A stretch of DNA of 64,000 bases from the NCBI RefSeq assembly GCF_009914755.1, contig NC_060933.1. One strand, given 5' to 3'. Origin of the DNA: the human T2T-CHM13v2.0 reference genome, Homo sapiens. Positions within the stretch are counted from its first letter, which is position 1; every line of letters starts with the position of its first letter. Shown one piece after another: positions 1-12,695 of this stretch. A program made the translations under genes and the position numbers. The notes under the pieces are model-generated. The model did not search any database, had not been told where the DNA came from, and was given only the letters and a program-made list of their open reading frames with translations.

Positions 1-72
1 GGGAACCAGCGACCATCTTTCTGACAGGTGAATGTATCTGTATCTGTATCCATCGTATAACCTTCCAGACAT
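1..72 (-). CDS. SVEP1: SVEP1 exon ~39 (partial, runs off window), CCP: (R)[24 protein letters not shown]
   Basis: Acceptor ttgcag|ATGTCTG (AG at 73-74); phase 2 matches the previous exon ending in AG. Confidence 0.93.
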
Positions 73-262
73 CTGCAATGGAAATGCAAAAATGAGTGCC
101 TTAAATGAAGTACAATATAGTTTCTGATCTATCCTTGGATTTAGGAAGCTGTTACAAGGCTCAGTAGATATTTTGTGCAACATATTGATTGTTGCACAAT
201 CAATATGTCAGGCGGATGGCATTGCCATGCAAAAACACCAACCTAACAATAACAACCAGTTG

Positions 263-566
263 AGCTGGGTGCGGTGGCTCATGCCTGTAATCCCTGCACT
301 TTGGAAGGCTGAGGCAGGAGGACCACTTGAGTCCAGGAGCTTGAGACTAGGCTGGGAAACATAGTGAGACTTCATCTCTATAAAAAATAAACAAAATTAG
401 CTGGGCACGGTGGCACATGCCTGTAGTCTCAGCTACTTGGGAGGCAGAGGTGGGAGGACTGCTTGAACTAAGGAGGTTGAGGCTGCAGTGAGCCAAGAAC
501 ATGCCACTGCACTCCAGCCTGGGTGACAGAGCAAGACGTTGTCTCAAAAAACCAAAAAACAAAAAA
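263..566 (+). mobile_element. Alu (AluJ-like)
   Basis: Dimeric Alu with J-type 'cttgagtccaggag...catagtgagac' and an A-rich tail. Confidence 0.9.
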
Positions 567-734
567 CCGGTAATAACCAGATCAGTTCTCAGTTATCCAC
601 ATGAAAAGTTAGTCAAGACTAAAATTACTTTAAGTGTTTTTGATGTTATTTACCTTATTGTGGATATTATTATTATTGAATTCATTTTTATTCTATAAAC
701 AGCTAACAGTTCAGGAAATTCTAGACAGTCCAAA

Positions 735-1247
735 ATGGACTCAGATACTAGTAGGAATACAGCATAATTAATATGTATTATGAATACCTACATGGACTCA
801 GATACTAGTAGGAATACAGCATAATTCATATGTATTATGAATACCTACATGGACTCAGATACTAGTAGGAATACAGCATAATTCATATGTATTATGAATA
901 CCTACATGGACTCAGATACTAGTAGGAATACAGCATAATTCATATGTATTATGAATACCTACATGGACTCAGATACTAGTAGGAATACAGCATAATTCAT
1001 TTGTATTATGAATACCTACGTGGACTCAGATACTAGTAGGAATACAGCATAATTCATATGTATTATGAATACCTACGTGGACTCAGATACTAGTAGGAAT
1101 ACAGCATAATTAATATGTATTATGAATACCTACGTGGACTCAGATACTAGTAGGAATACAGCATAATTCATATGTATTATGAATACCTACATGGACTCAG
1201 ATACTAGTAGGAATACAGCATAATTCATATGTATTATGAATACCTAC
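735..1247. repeat. Minisatellite/VNTR, 9 x 57 bp (atggactcagatactagtaggaatacagcataattcatatgtattatgaatacctac)
   Basis: Units start at 735, 792, 849, 906, 963, 1020, 1077, 1134, 1191, with few variant positions. Confidence 0.97.
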
Positions 1248-1736
1248 TTTGTGCCAAGTGCTGCTCTAGGTCCTTTACATAAGATATTTCTTTTAATCCT
1301 GATTATTTGGCATGATCATGGCCTGAATTCTTCAGTTTTTTGCCTTATGTCCCCAATATTTGCATGTGTAAATATAATCACAAAGTTATAATCATAAAGA
1401 AATTTACTATCCTGATGTTTAAAAAACAGCTTCACGATTCCAGAGCTTTTCAAGCTAGCTAGAGGATCTTGCTGTTTGTTTCACGAAGCTCAACAGAATA
1501 TGATAGTCATGATAATTATATTAGAAACATGTCTGAAAAAAGTATCGATTTATTTTTATACTCAGTGGATTTCTACATAATTGTAGGTAGAATAAAGCCA
1601 AGTGTTAAAAGCACCAGTGTTTGGAGAGCAGTTCAGAGATGATGTTTTCTTCCCAATCAGCAAAATTTTTGATCGATCACATTTCATTTCATAATCCTGC
1701 CCGCACCCCTTGGAGACCCTAGAGCCATGATCTTAC

Positions 1737-4528
1737 CTGAGTTTCACTTCACTTTCATAGGTGTGTGCCTCTCCAGTTGCCACTGCATTGGCGACAGACG
1801 GTGGGGACCCACAGGACAAGGGCTCACAGACTGGATAAGGCTGGCTCCATACCCCTTTCTCTGTACAAATCAGATCTGAACTGCCTTGTATGACATATCC
1901 AGACCTGCAGCTGTAAGTTATCACATTTTCCTTCCAAGAGCTGGTCTCACTGATGAACGCATTTGGTATCATTGGAAGAGAACCACAAGAAGTGTGTTCA
2001 CAGTGGGGGAACCCAGAGCTCCACTGGCCATCGGCTTCACAGGTGATTTCAGAAAGTCCTAGGAGCTTGAAGCCTTTGAAGCACTGAATCCGGGCTGCCT
2101 TTCCACAGTCAAAATCTGTCCCATTGACAGTTCCATATTCAATTACTGGTGTGGAACATCTGCAAGGCAGGCAGGAAGGTGAGCTGCCACTCCAGGAGCC
2201 ATTGGAGAGGCACCTTCTTGATGAATTTCCATGGAGCTTATAACCAGGAAAGCACTGATACTGTATATGGCCCCCATGAATAAAGGAAAAACCATTAGGG
2301 AAACCATGGGCAAGATCTTCAGGAGGTCCACAGTTGACTGGTTTACAGAGAGGAATCTCTGCATCCCAGTTGCCATCTGACTGACAGGTGAGTTTTGGAG
2401 CACCGTGCAAGATGTAGCCCTCGTGACAGTGGAATGTTACTTCCTTCATGAAGCCATAGTCCAGGCCTTCCGTCACCCCATTGGCCAGTTGTGGCGGGGT
2501 GGCACATCTGACAGGCACACAGTCGGGAGTGGCTCCACTCCAACTTCCATTGGCAAGACAAACCCGACTCCTGGCTCCCTCAAGCAAGAACCCTTCATTG
2601 CAAGTGTATTCAATCTCTTTTTGGAATGTGTACTCGTCTCCTCTCACCTGGCCATTGGCTGAGACTGGGGGTGAACTGCAGTCCACAGGAATGCAAATGG
2701 GCTCATCCTCATCCCAGTTTTTGTCATCCTGGCATGTTCTCCTCTCAGTGCCATTCAGCACATATCCGGGGTCACACTCATAGTACAACGTGCTCAGGTA
2801 TGTGTAGTTGCTTCCTTTGATGGATCCATTCATGACTGGATTTGGCTTTTTGCATGAAATGGCTTCACAGCGTGGGGAGGCACCACTCCACTTTCTATTC
2901 TCTAGACAAAGCCTTAAGTCAGAGCCCGCTAGAATGTGTCCAGGTTTACAGCTATACTGCACAGCACTTCCCATGCTAGTCTCTGTAAAACGCAAAAAGC
3001 CATTTTCAGGAGCAGTAGGCAAGTCACATTCAATTGAAATGCAGGATGGTGCACTGCCATTCCAAGTTCCATCTTCCTGGCAGATCAGCACAGGGTTCCC
3101 CAGAAGTTCATATCCTGGATTACAGGTGTATGAAACCATGGTACCATACAGAAAGTTTGATGAATGTGTAGCAGGAGACTCCTTTGTATTTTCCCAGGTT
3201 TTAGCCACTGCTCCCAAATGATAAGGAGGGTGAGGAGTCACATATGGAACTTCCATCATGTCGTCTTCTTGCTCAAAATATCCCTGGTCATCTTTGAGTT
3301 TAGTACAGTCTCCAAAATCTATATGAGGAGGGAGGCCACAGTCTATTGGCATACATGTTGGGATGGAACTTGACCATCCTGACTCTTCACAGGTCTGCAT
3401 GGCATGACCAGCCACCTGAAACCCAGGGAAGCAACTGTAGATGATTATGGCACCATAGCTGTAATCTGCACCTTCTACAAAACCATTTTCAATGGGTTGT
3501 GGGGAATCACAGTGGATGGCATTGCAAGATGGGGCATCTACATCCCAATCACCTGTCTCTAAACAGGTCAAGGCACTGGGACCTTCGAGCCGAAAGCCTC
3601 GGTTGCAAGAGTAGGTAACGGTCTGTCCATAGTGTAGGTCCGTGTAAGAGAATTTGCCATTCAAAATCTCCTTGGGTTTCAGGCACTCAATGGCTTTACA
3701 TGTTGGTTTTCCTCCAAGCCAGTGACCATTTTCTCCACAAAGGGTGGTAGTATTTCCCACCAATTCAAAGCCTGGCTTGCAGGTATAGAGAGCTGTGCTG
3801 AGATAGGCAAGGCCTTGCACATCAATGATTCCATTGGGGATTTCCTCAGGTTGGGGACATTCTACTGGAACACATTCTGGCAGTGGAGAGCTCCAGGTGC
3901 CATCAGGTTGGCAGAGGGTGGTAGAATTTCCTCTTAGGAAAAACCCACCTACACAAGAATACTTGACAGTACTTCCAAAATGAAGAGCAGAAGAAGGAAT
4001 GGGGACACCAAAGGAAATTAGGGGAGGTGGGGTACAAAGAACAATCTTACAAACAGGGAAAGAGTCATTCCATTGCTGGGATGGCAAGCATTTCAGGACA
4101 GAGGGGCCTTGCAGGACATGCCCTTCTTTACAGGAAAATGTCACAACTCCTACCTCGGTGGTCAACTCCTTTAATACTAGCTGGTTTTCCAAGAGGGGCG
4201 GCTCTGGGCACTTGGCCGGCATGCACTTTGGATTTGACTTCTTATTCCATTTGCCAGATTTCTGACATGTCCAAGAACTGTCACCAACAAGCTCATAACC
4301 CTCATTACAGAAAAACTGAACCTTGGACCCTACTTCAAAGTTTTCTCCTTTCATGAAGCCATTCTGGATCGGGGGAGGTTTTCCACAGTCGAGAGGAACA
4401 CACATCAGAGGGGATTCACTGTGCCAGTGGCGATTGGCTTGGCAGACAAATACAGGACTTCCGACTGACTTATAGCCCGGGTTACACTGATACCTCACTT
4501 CACTCTCAAAGATCCTGCCAGTTGTATG
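1737..4528 (-). CDS. SVEP1: SVEP1 exon ~38, 2792 bp, 14 complete plus 2 partial CCP/sushi modules (HTTGRIF...EVKLR)
   Basis: 949-aa ORF of sushi repeats; acceptor gcacag|CATACA, donor CAG|gtaaga; phase 0 to 2. Confidence 0.97.
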
Positions 4529-4627
4529 CTGTGCAACAGGAAGAAAGCAAGTGAGTGCAATTTGTATAACAGATGATAGCATTAACTAAATCCTTGGATA
4601 GTGAAAAAAACTAAAAGGTCTATGTTA

Positions 4628-5036
<409 letters not shown>

Positions 5037-5609
5037 TTAAGTAATCCCCACTGCAGAAATCTTTACTACAGTTTTGAGCCCATAACAAGTAAAAGATCAG
5101 TAATCTATATATTGATTGGTGAACTGATGAGGCAACGCTAAAAATGATAAATTACTCAGTTCAAAAAAACTTTCTGCCCAAAGAAATGCTAGTAAAGAAG
5201 CACATAAACAATTAACATGTATTTGTTAATGTTGTTAAATCATAAATAGTCAAATAAAATGTTTTTATGGGTATGTCTTAAGAATACTATCAAAATTTTG
5301 TTTATATTAACATATTTCTTAAAAATTACTGCTGTAACAATAGAAAATAATATCCTATCTTTTAAAACAAAAAATTAATATTCGTGATCTCAAAATTCAA
5401 ACACATGTAATATAACAGGTCATAAACAAATAAACAAAATTACTCATTTTGTTTATGCATTGCTTGTGTTTATGCATTGCTTGTGTGTCTCCCATGCATG
5501 TAAGCACCATGCCATTACACATCTAATCTGTGTTGTTAAATGCTAGGTCGCTGATTCTCAGAACTGTACCTGGTGCCAAGCAGGAGCTCTAGAAATATTT
5601 ATTAAATTT

Positions 5610-5699
5610 ATAAATGAACACCTCTCTACTTATACTCTATACCCTCTTCCAATTAATAAATGAACACCTCTCTACTTATACTCTGTACCCTCTTCCAAT
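5610..5699. repeat. Tandem duplication, 2 x ~46 bp
   Basis: ataaatgaacacctctctacttatactct(a/g)taccctcttccaat occurs twice. Confidence 0.9.
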
Positions 5700-6656
5700 G
5701 AAAAGCTACTAAATCTAAGCAAAAGCCTTAAATAAAAGGCTTTTACTGTTTTGTTATTTTGAATGTAAAGGAGAAAAGGTTGTACTGTGTATATATGTGG
5801 GTTTTAAAAAAGTGTTTAATTAGAATATGGTCAATTTCAAATGGCCCTTGATTTGGGGGAATAGATTCTCATTCCTATTTTCTTGGTAGGCTTATTGAGA
5901 AGACACACATTAGCGTGAAAGCAGGACATATTTGGGTTGGACTGAACTCTTTTGTCCATCACAGTGAAATTACCTTTAGGTTTACCAAAACAGAATTGTA
6001 AAAACTACATTATTTGGTTTACCCTATCTTTTGTCTAAGCATTTAAAATTATAATATATTTCTCTAGGTTCCATTTAGACCTTGCCTTCTATAAAATAAA
6101 GCATATATCCATCCTGAAAAACCTCTGTAAAACAAAATATTATATTAAAATTGGTTTATTCTAACTTCCTATTTAGGGCTAAGCTGTTGCCACAAAGCAC
6201 TTGAAATGCCTATACACTAGTAAAATGCAGAAAGTTATATACTAAAGATTCATAATCATCTTCATTAATTTTTTTTCCAGTCTTCACTACCTGTAGATTT
6301 TAGCCATTTCTGTTTTTCAATAATTAATTTGTTCATTGCCCCGCTTCTGAATAGTGGGTTCATCACAGTGGGCTGGCCCTGTAAGTGATGAAAGCCACAG
6401 AGCATTTGCTAATTAGTCTCTTACCTCCAGAAAGTGATTCACAACCTTAGGCAGATGAATTAATTCATCAAGAGATGAATTAATTATGAAAATGTTAAAA
6501 AGATTATCATGATTCTTTGTTAGTGATAATAGTAAATTCCAGTTTCCATGCCTTAGTGAACTTGGCAGTGTTTGGACTCAATTATTTGTTTTGTTTATTT
6601 ATTTATTATGGGCCCTGTGACAAAAGCCACAGACCATTTGCTAATTGGTCTCTTAC

Positions 6657-7329
6657 CTCCAGAAAGCCATTCTCAACCTTAGGTGGTTCACCACAAGATA
6701 CCGGGTGGCACGTCGGTATAGGACTACTCCACTGCCCTGTGGCTTCGCAGGTGCTCTTCTTTTCCCCTTTGATGTAGAACCCCTTGTTGCAGCTGTAAGC
6801 CACCATGGCTCCAAAACTGTAGTTTGATCCACTTGCATAGCCATTCATGATGCTTGGTGGCTCTCCACACCGCACAGGGATGCACTGGATGGACATGGGG
6901 GAAGGGTTCCACTGCCCACCTCTCATACATTCAATCTTTGCTGAGGTGTTCAGTACAAAGCCTTCCATGCATTTAAAGCTCACAACTGAGCCAGCTGCAA
7001 ATTTTGCTTTGCTCACAGATTCCAAGATGCTATAGGAAACCGATGGAGGTTTTTCACAGAAATGAGCTATACAACGGGGCATGTCTTGACCTTCTGGGGG
7101 TACCCACTTGCCCTGGGCATTGCAGAGAAGCTGGGAATTGTCTGCTAGGCTGTAACCATCAGAGCAGTAGTAGAATGCAATGTCTCCAAAGAGCCGATGG
7201 GCAGTCTCTGGAGAGGCGTGGTCCACAATGGGTGGCTCATCACAGGAGACAGCCAGGCACTGCTGGTCACTTCTACTCCACTTGCCGTCGGCCAGGCATT
7301 CAATGGTGTCAAGACCAGCAAGAGTATAG
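6657..7329 (-). CDS. SVEP1: SVEP1 exon ~37, 673 bp, CCP modules ((G)[11 protein letters not shown]...ENGFLE)
   Basis: Acceptor ctcacag|CTATAC, donor GAG|gtaaga; phase 2 to 0; overlaps the 206-aa ORF. Confidence 0.95.
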
Positions 7330-7402
7330 CTGTGAGGTTGGGAAGAAAGAAAGAATAACTAAGCATAATATTTGAGAAAAAGTGTTTGTGTCTTCTTCTA
7401 TT

Positions 7403-7663
7403 TTTTAAATCTTTCCCACAATGACTTTAAATTTATCTTTAAAATAATATTTCCTCTTTGAATACTGAGCTTATTGATCAAATGACTTTCACTTGAGATA
7501 TGTCAATACATTGTGATATTGTTTGTTCAGAAACATGTATTTAAATCTTCCCAACGACTTTATCTTTAAAATAATATTGACTCTTTGAATATTGAGCTTA
7601 TTGATCAAATGACTTGCATTTGAGATATATCAATACATTGTGATATTAATATTTGCTCAGAAA
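7403..7663. repeat. Diverged tandem duplication, 2 x ~130 bp
   Basis: tttaaatctt...tgagcttattgatcaaatgactt...caatacattgtgatatt...tcagaaa at ~7403-7533 and ~7540-7663. Confidence 0.85.
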
Positions 7664-7983
7664 GGGAAATGGATTTAAGATTTTTTTGCTACTTAAGGAA
7701 CTCTAATAATTGCTATACATTTAAAAAATAAAATCAAGGAGTAAGCTGTATAGTGCTATTTGACTCAAATATGGAATTCTATCTGCCTTTAGATGGTTTT
7801 AACTTGATTTTGGCATTTGTCTTTATTGTTTGTTCTTAAGCTACAATGTACAATGCCATATTTAGCCTACATATAGCTCATTGTTATGTACTGACACCTA
7901 GAGAACTTTAAAACAGTGATTATAATTTCAGTCTCCAATGTCTCCTAAGCCTTTACCCCATGTGGCTAGAGTTGAAAGGTGTC

Positions 7984-9155
7984 AATTCAAGATGGATTAA
8001 AGACTTAAACGTTAAACCTAAAACCATAAAAACCCTAGAAGAAAACCTAGGCAATACCATTCAGGACATAGGCATGGGCAAGGACTTCATGTCTAAAACA
8101 CCAAAAGCAATGGCAACAAAAGACAAAATTGACAAATGGGATCTAATTAAACTAAAGAGCTTCTGCACAGCAAAAGAAACTACCATCAGAGTGAACAGGC
8201 AACCTACAAAATGGGAGAAAATTTTCACAACCTACTCATCTGACAAAGGGCTAATATCCAGAATCTACAATGAACTTAAACAAATTTACAAGAAAAAAAC
8301 AAACCCCATCAAAAAGTGGGCAAAGGACATGAACAGACACTTCTCAAAAGAAGACATTTATGCAGCCAAAAAACACATGAAGAAATGCTCATCATCACTG
8401 GCCATCAGAGGAATGCAAATCAAAACCACAATGAGATACCATCTCACGGCAGTTAGAATGGCAATCATTAAAAAGTCAGGAAACAACAGGTGCTGGAGAG
8501 GATGTGGAGAAATAGGAACACTTTTACACTGTTGGTGGAACTGTAAACTAGTTCAACCATTGTGGAAGTCAGTGTGGCAATTCCTCAGGGATCTAGAACT
8601 AGAAATACCATTTGACCCAGCAATCCCATTACTGGGTATATACCCAAAGGACTATAAATCATGCTGCTATAAAGACACATGCACATGTATGTTTATTGCG
8701 GCACTATTCACAATAGCAAAGACTTGGAACCAACCCAAATGTCCAACAATGATAGACTGGATTAAGAAAATGTGGCACATATACACCATGGAATACTATG
8801 CAGCCATAAAAAATGATGAGTTCATGTCCTTTGTAGGGACATGGATGAAATTGGAAATCATCATTCTCAGTAAACTATCACAAGAACAAAAAACCAAACA
8901 CCGCATATTCTCACTTATAGGTGGGAATTGAACAATGAGATCACATGGACACAGGAAGGGGAGCATCACACTCTGGGGACTGTTGTGGGGTGGGGGGAGG
9001 GGGGAGGGATAGCTTTGGGAGATATACCTAATGCTAGATGACGAGTTAGTGGGTGCAGTGCACCAGCATGGCACATGTATACATATGTAACTAACCTGCA
9101 CAATGTGCACATGTACCCTAAAACTTAAAGTATAATAATAAAATAAAATAAAATA
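7984..9155 (+). mobile_element. 5'-truncated L1 (L1PA2-like): ORF2 C-terminus, 3'UTR and A tail
   Basis: ORF2 C-terminal peptide; 3'UTR reads gacGAGttag and cttaAagtat (non-Ta); TSD aaaggtgtc at 7975-7983 and 9156-9164. Confidence 0.93.
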
Positions 9156-9529
9156 AAAGGTGTCTTCTGCATATGGCTCTGCTATTCAATCAGTATGAAT
9201 AAATTTTTCTTAGTAATTCCCAGTCGTTATGCACAGATGTTGGCCCACATATAATGATGGATTGATGACTTACAAAAATCTAAAATTACTCTCAAGTGTT
9301 CTGTCAATGAGATAGAACAAAAGATTAGGATATGCAGTATTAGAATAATTATATTTGAGTCATGCTTATTTTCATCACTGATCTCTTACTGAACAGAAAA
9401 TTGATGGAGTTTTGAAAAAATCTCTAACACCTGATTAGCCTGTCATTTTGCTACTAATGAAGGGTAAGGGAAATAAAATAATTGAGTACCTAGTTTAATC
9501 CTGCTTAGATGTAATGATTTCTTCATTGT

Positions 9530-9660
9530 AAGGAAATAAAGTGAATGGTGGTTCAGACAGGCTTAGAAACTTGCCTGAAGTCACACAGCTGTAAGCAGCA
9601 GAATTGGGATCAGAATTTGGTTGATCAGTTTCCAACACCTACACCTTTTCCACAACACTG
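9530..9660. mobile_element. MIR remnant
   Basis: MIR core-like 'aacttgcctgaagtcacacagct'. Confidence 0.6.
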
Positions 9661-12392
9661 CTCTCTGTCTCTCTGTTTTGAAAGTGAAGAAGGTTAGATC
9701 ATACTTTCTGGGTGTCCTGGGCAAACTGTATTGCAGTGTCACTAATACAAATTATTTGACCCACCCATTAGCAAAGATTAATTCATTAGTTATCAAATAT
9801 TTCTCCTGAGATCTCTTTTAGTTTTATAAAGCATCAGCTATTATAGAGAGGTTGAAATTCCTTCATCCTAACTGACAATATTTATGAAATCTATAAGAGA
9901 CAGAGAAATCAGGAAAAAAATAACAGTGTATCAGCAGAGCTATATGCAGCCACCTTACCTAAGTTCACACATCATGCTATGGATGGAAGTGGTCTCAAAA
10001 TGAATACTCAGACATTCCCAATAGTTGAGTACAGCCCCCAGTCAGGGCCTGCTGCATTTCGTTGCTTTAGATAGGCTCAGTTCTTTGTATGAAGATCTGA
10101 ACTTAGCTTGGAATAATAGCCTATCAATATCACAGTGATGCTTTAGAAGAACACATCTTAGGATAAACTGGCTGGAACAAATTTGCATTTTTCTGGAATC
10201 GTAACAAAAAATCCTTTGAAAATGGGCAGAATAATTTTCAGATGCAATTTGCAATGATTTGATTGACACACTGGGTAGAAGCTTACTAATGAGCATGTGC
10301 CTGGAGAGCTTTATGACAGAGCTCCCAAATGCATTATTAGCTCTTCTGTCTTAGCAAAAAAGCCTTAAAAGAGCAGCCTACTAGATATTTAAACGGCTGC
10401 AATTTAATAAGAACAACAGGAAGCATAAATCAGCATCAATAATTATGTTTTCAATCATAAAGATTTTTGTCTGAACATATCTAATAATTGCATTTAGAAG
10501 TTTATATCTGAGAAGAATCAAAAGGAAAAATTTAATTAGGATTTTAGGGTGGCAATAACCCTTTCTTCCCTCTGCGTTTCTCACCAAGGAGTATAAACAT
10601 GAGCATGAAAAGGAAAATGAGAAACAAATGACCACTTATGTATTTGAGCAAACAACTGAAAACCCCCTACGTTTGAGGGTTTTGATAAAAGGTTTAAAAA
10701 AGATAAATGTTTTGATAAAAGTTGAATTTGGAAGGCCAAGTTTAGGGTAGGACACAGAAATGAGACTTCTTGCTTCTTTCTTTCCCTGGCATTCATTATA
10801 TCACTTAAGTCTCTTAAAGTCTCTGCATTTTTGTCCTAAGCTTAAGAGTGGATCTTGCCCTTATAATTCAAGGAAAGGCCAATGAAAAGCACAACACCAG
10901 TATAGGAGGAAAACTCGGTGAGACAGATGCAAAAATGTGTGTATGTACACATGGTAAGCATGTGGCTTATATAAGGCCCAGGAGGCTTACATTGTGTGCA
11001 GGGCAATGGTCTGTGCTAGGCAGCCCCAAGGGAGGAGACAGTTAAGAGGGACTGGAGAAGGAAATAAACTTTAATACACTAATAAGGCCAGCAGCATCTT
11101 GAGAAGTGGAAGAAGACGGTAAGACAGGTCATATTTTACAAAGGCCATGACTTGAACAGAGCGATGCCATCCTTGACTGGAACAAGACACAGGGCATGTA
11201 GATCTATGCCAATCAACTCCTTGGGGAAAAGAAATAGAAAATAAGTAAAGAGAGATAAGATGAGTGCTGACTTCTTGTTCTGCTCTACAACAGTCTGAAA
11301 ACCCTCCCTCTATAATACTTGACGAATTACAACACAAATTATTTTAAATGCATAGCTGAGCTGACAAGAAAGGAAATTTCCATGTGCCAGAAATGAAGAG
11401 GAAATTACAAACAGAAAAGTAAACTTGTGAATGGATGCTATGGTTGACCTTGGATTAGACAAAGAAGGGAAGTCGAGAGGATAGAAAATATAGCTTCGGA
11501 GTTAAAATAGCAATAGTGGAGTCTGTACCTCATGTGGATTGGAGTTTAGAATTTACACCATTCACTTTGTATGGAAAATCTTCAAATTGATAAATTAACG
11601 TAAAATTAGGTTCTTGGCTGGTGATACTCCCGAAACACCTGGTAGAAAAAAAATCTACATACTCAGAAAATAAGGGGTTACCATAGATAAAACAAGCCCT
11701 GTTTACTATAAGGGCACAATCTGAATTTATAACACACACAAACATATTTTCCATCACAAATGGGTTGGCAGACAGAAAAAACTGCAAGGGTAGAGCACCA
11801 ATAAGTGAGATAATAGAAAAAAAGCTCTAAAATATAAAAAATAGTATGAAATAATTATGTTGAAATAAGGACAAAAGAAAGACTCAAAATTCTATTAAAA
11901 GTGACTATGAAAAAATGTTTGAAAAATAAATAGAAATTCTGGAAATAAAAATGTGGAACATAAAAATTAAAAACAATGGACATATTCAAAAACAGGCTAC
12001 AGATATTAGAAGAAAAATCAGTGAACTGGAAGAAATATATGAGGAAATTATCCAAATGTAATAGGTTTTGAAAGAGATGAAAAGTGTGACAGATTAATTA
12101 ACATGAAAAATAGAATGAAAAGGCCCAACATATATCTAGTAAGACATCCATAAAGATATAAAAGAGAAAGTGAGAAACAGAAAATATTTGCGGTGAAAAT
12201 GACTGAGAATATTCTAAAATAGGTGAAAGATATAAATTCTCAGATGTAAGAAGTACAATGAGTCCCAAACAAGATGAATGACAATAAATACACCATAGTC
12301 ATCTCATAGCAAAACACTAAAACAACAAAGACAAGTTTTTAAAAAGTAACCAAAGAGAAAACATATTACTTATACAGCAACAAGAATTTGAC

Positions 12393-12608
12393 CAGAGTTT
12401 CTCAATTTCAGCACTACTGACATTGTGGACCAGATACTTCTTAGTTGTGGAGGACTGTTCTGTACATTGTAGGATATTTAGCATTTTTCCTAGATTCAAA
12501 CTATTAGATGCTAGTAGCATCTTCCCCCCAGTTGTGACAACCAAAAATGTCTCCAGACATTGCCAGATGTCCTTGGAGGGCAATATTGTCCTTGATTGAG
12601 GATCACTA
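12393..12608. mobile_element. MER20 (hAT-Charlie DNA transposon)
   Basis: 'ccccagttgtgacaaccaaaaatgtctccagacattgcc' core; cag...cacta ends; 8-bp TSD aatttgac/aattagac. Confidence 0.85.
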
Positions 12609-12695
12609 AATTAGACTCATAATGGAATTCTCAATAGCAACATTAGAATCATAAGGCAACGGAATAATAGCTTCAAAATACTTATGGAAAAATTG

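Noticed and set aside
735-1247. CRISPR-like array of palindromic repeats
   Set aside because: Units are contiguous with no unique spacers, there are no cas genes, and the context is a human intron; it is a VNTR
2143-4356. Alternative-frame and antisense ORFs overlapping exon 38
   Set aside because: Short shadow ORFs of a long coding exon, many with non-ATG starts and no recognisable domain
1733-4582. Stand-alone intronless 949-aa sushi gene with a signal-like N-terminus
   Set aside because: The first 18 codons are intron and polypyrimidine tract; canonical splice sites with matching phases show it is an internal SVEP1 exon
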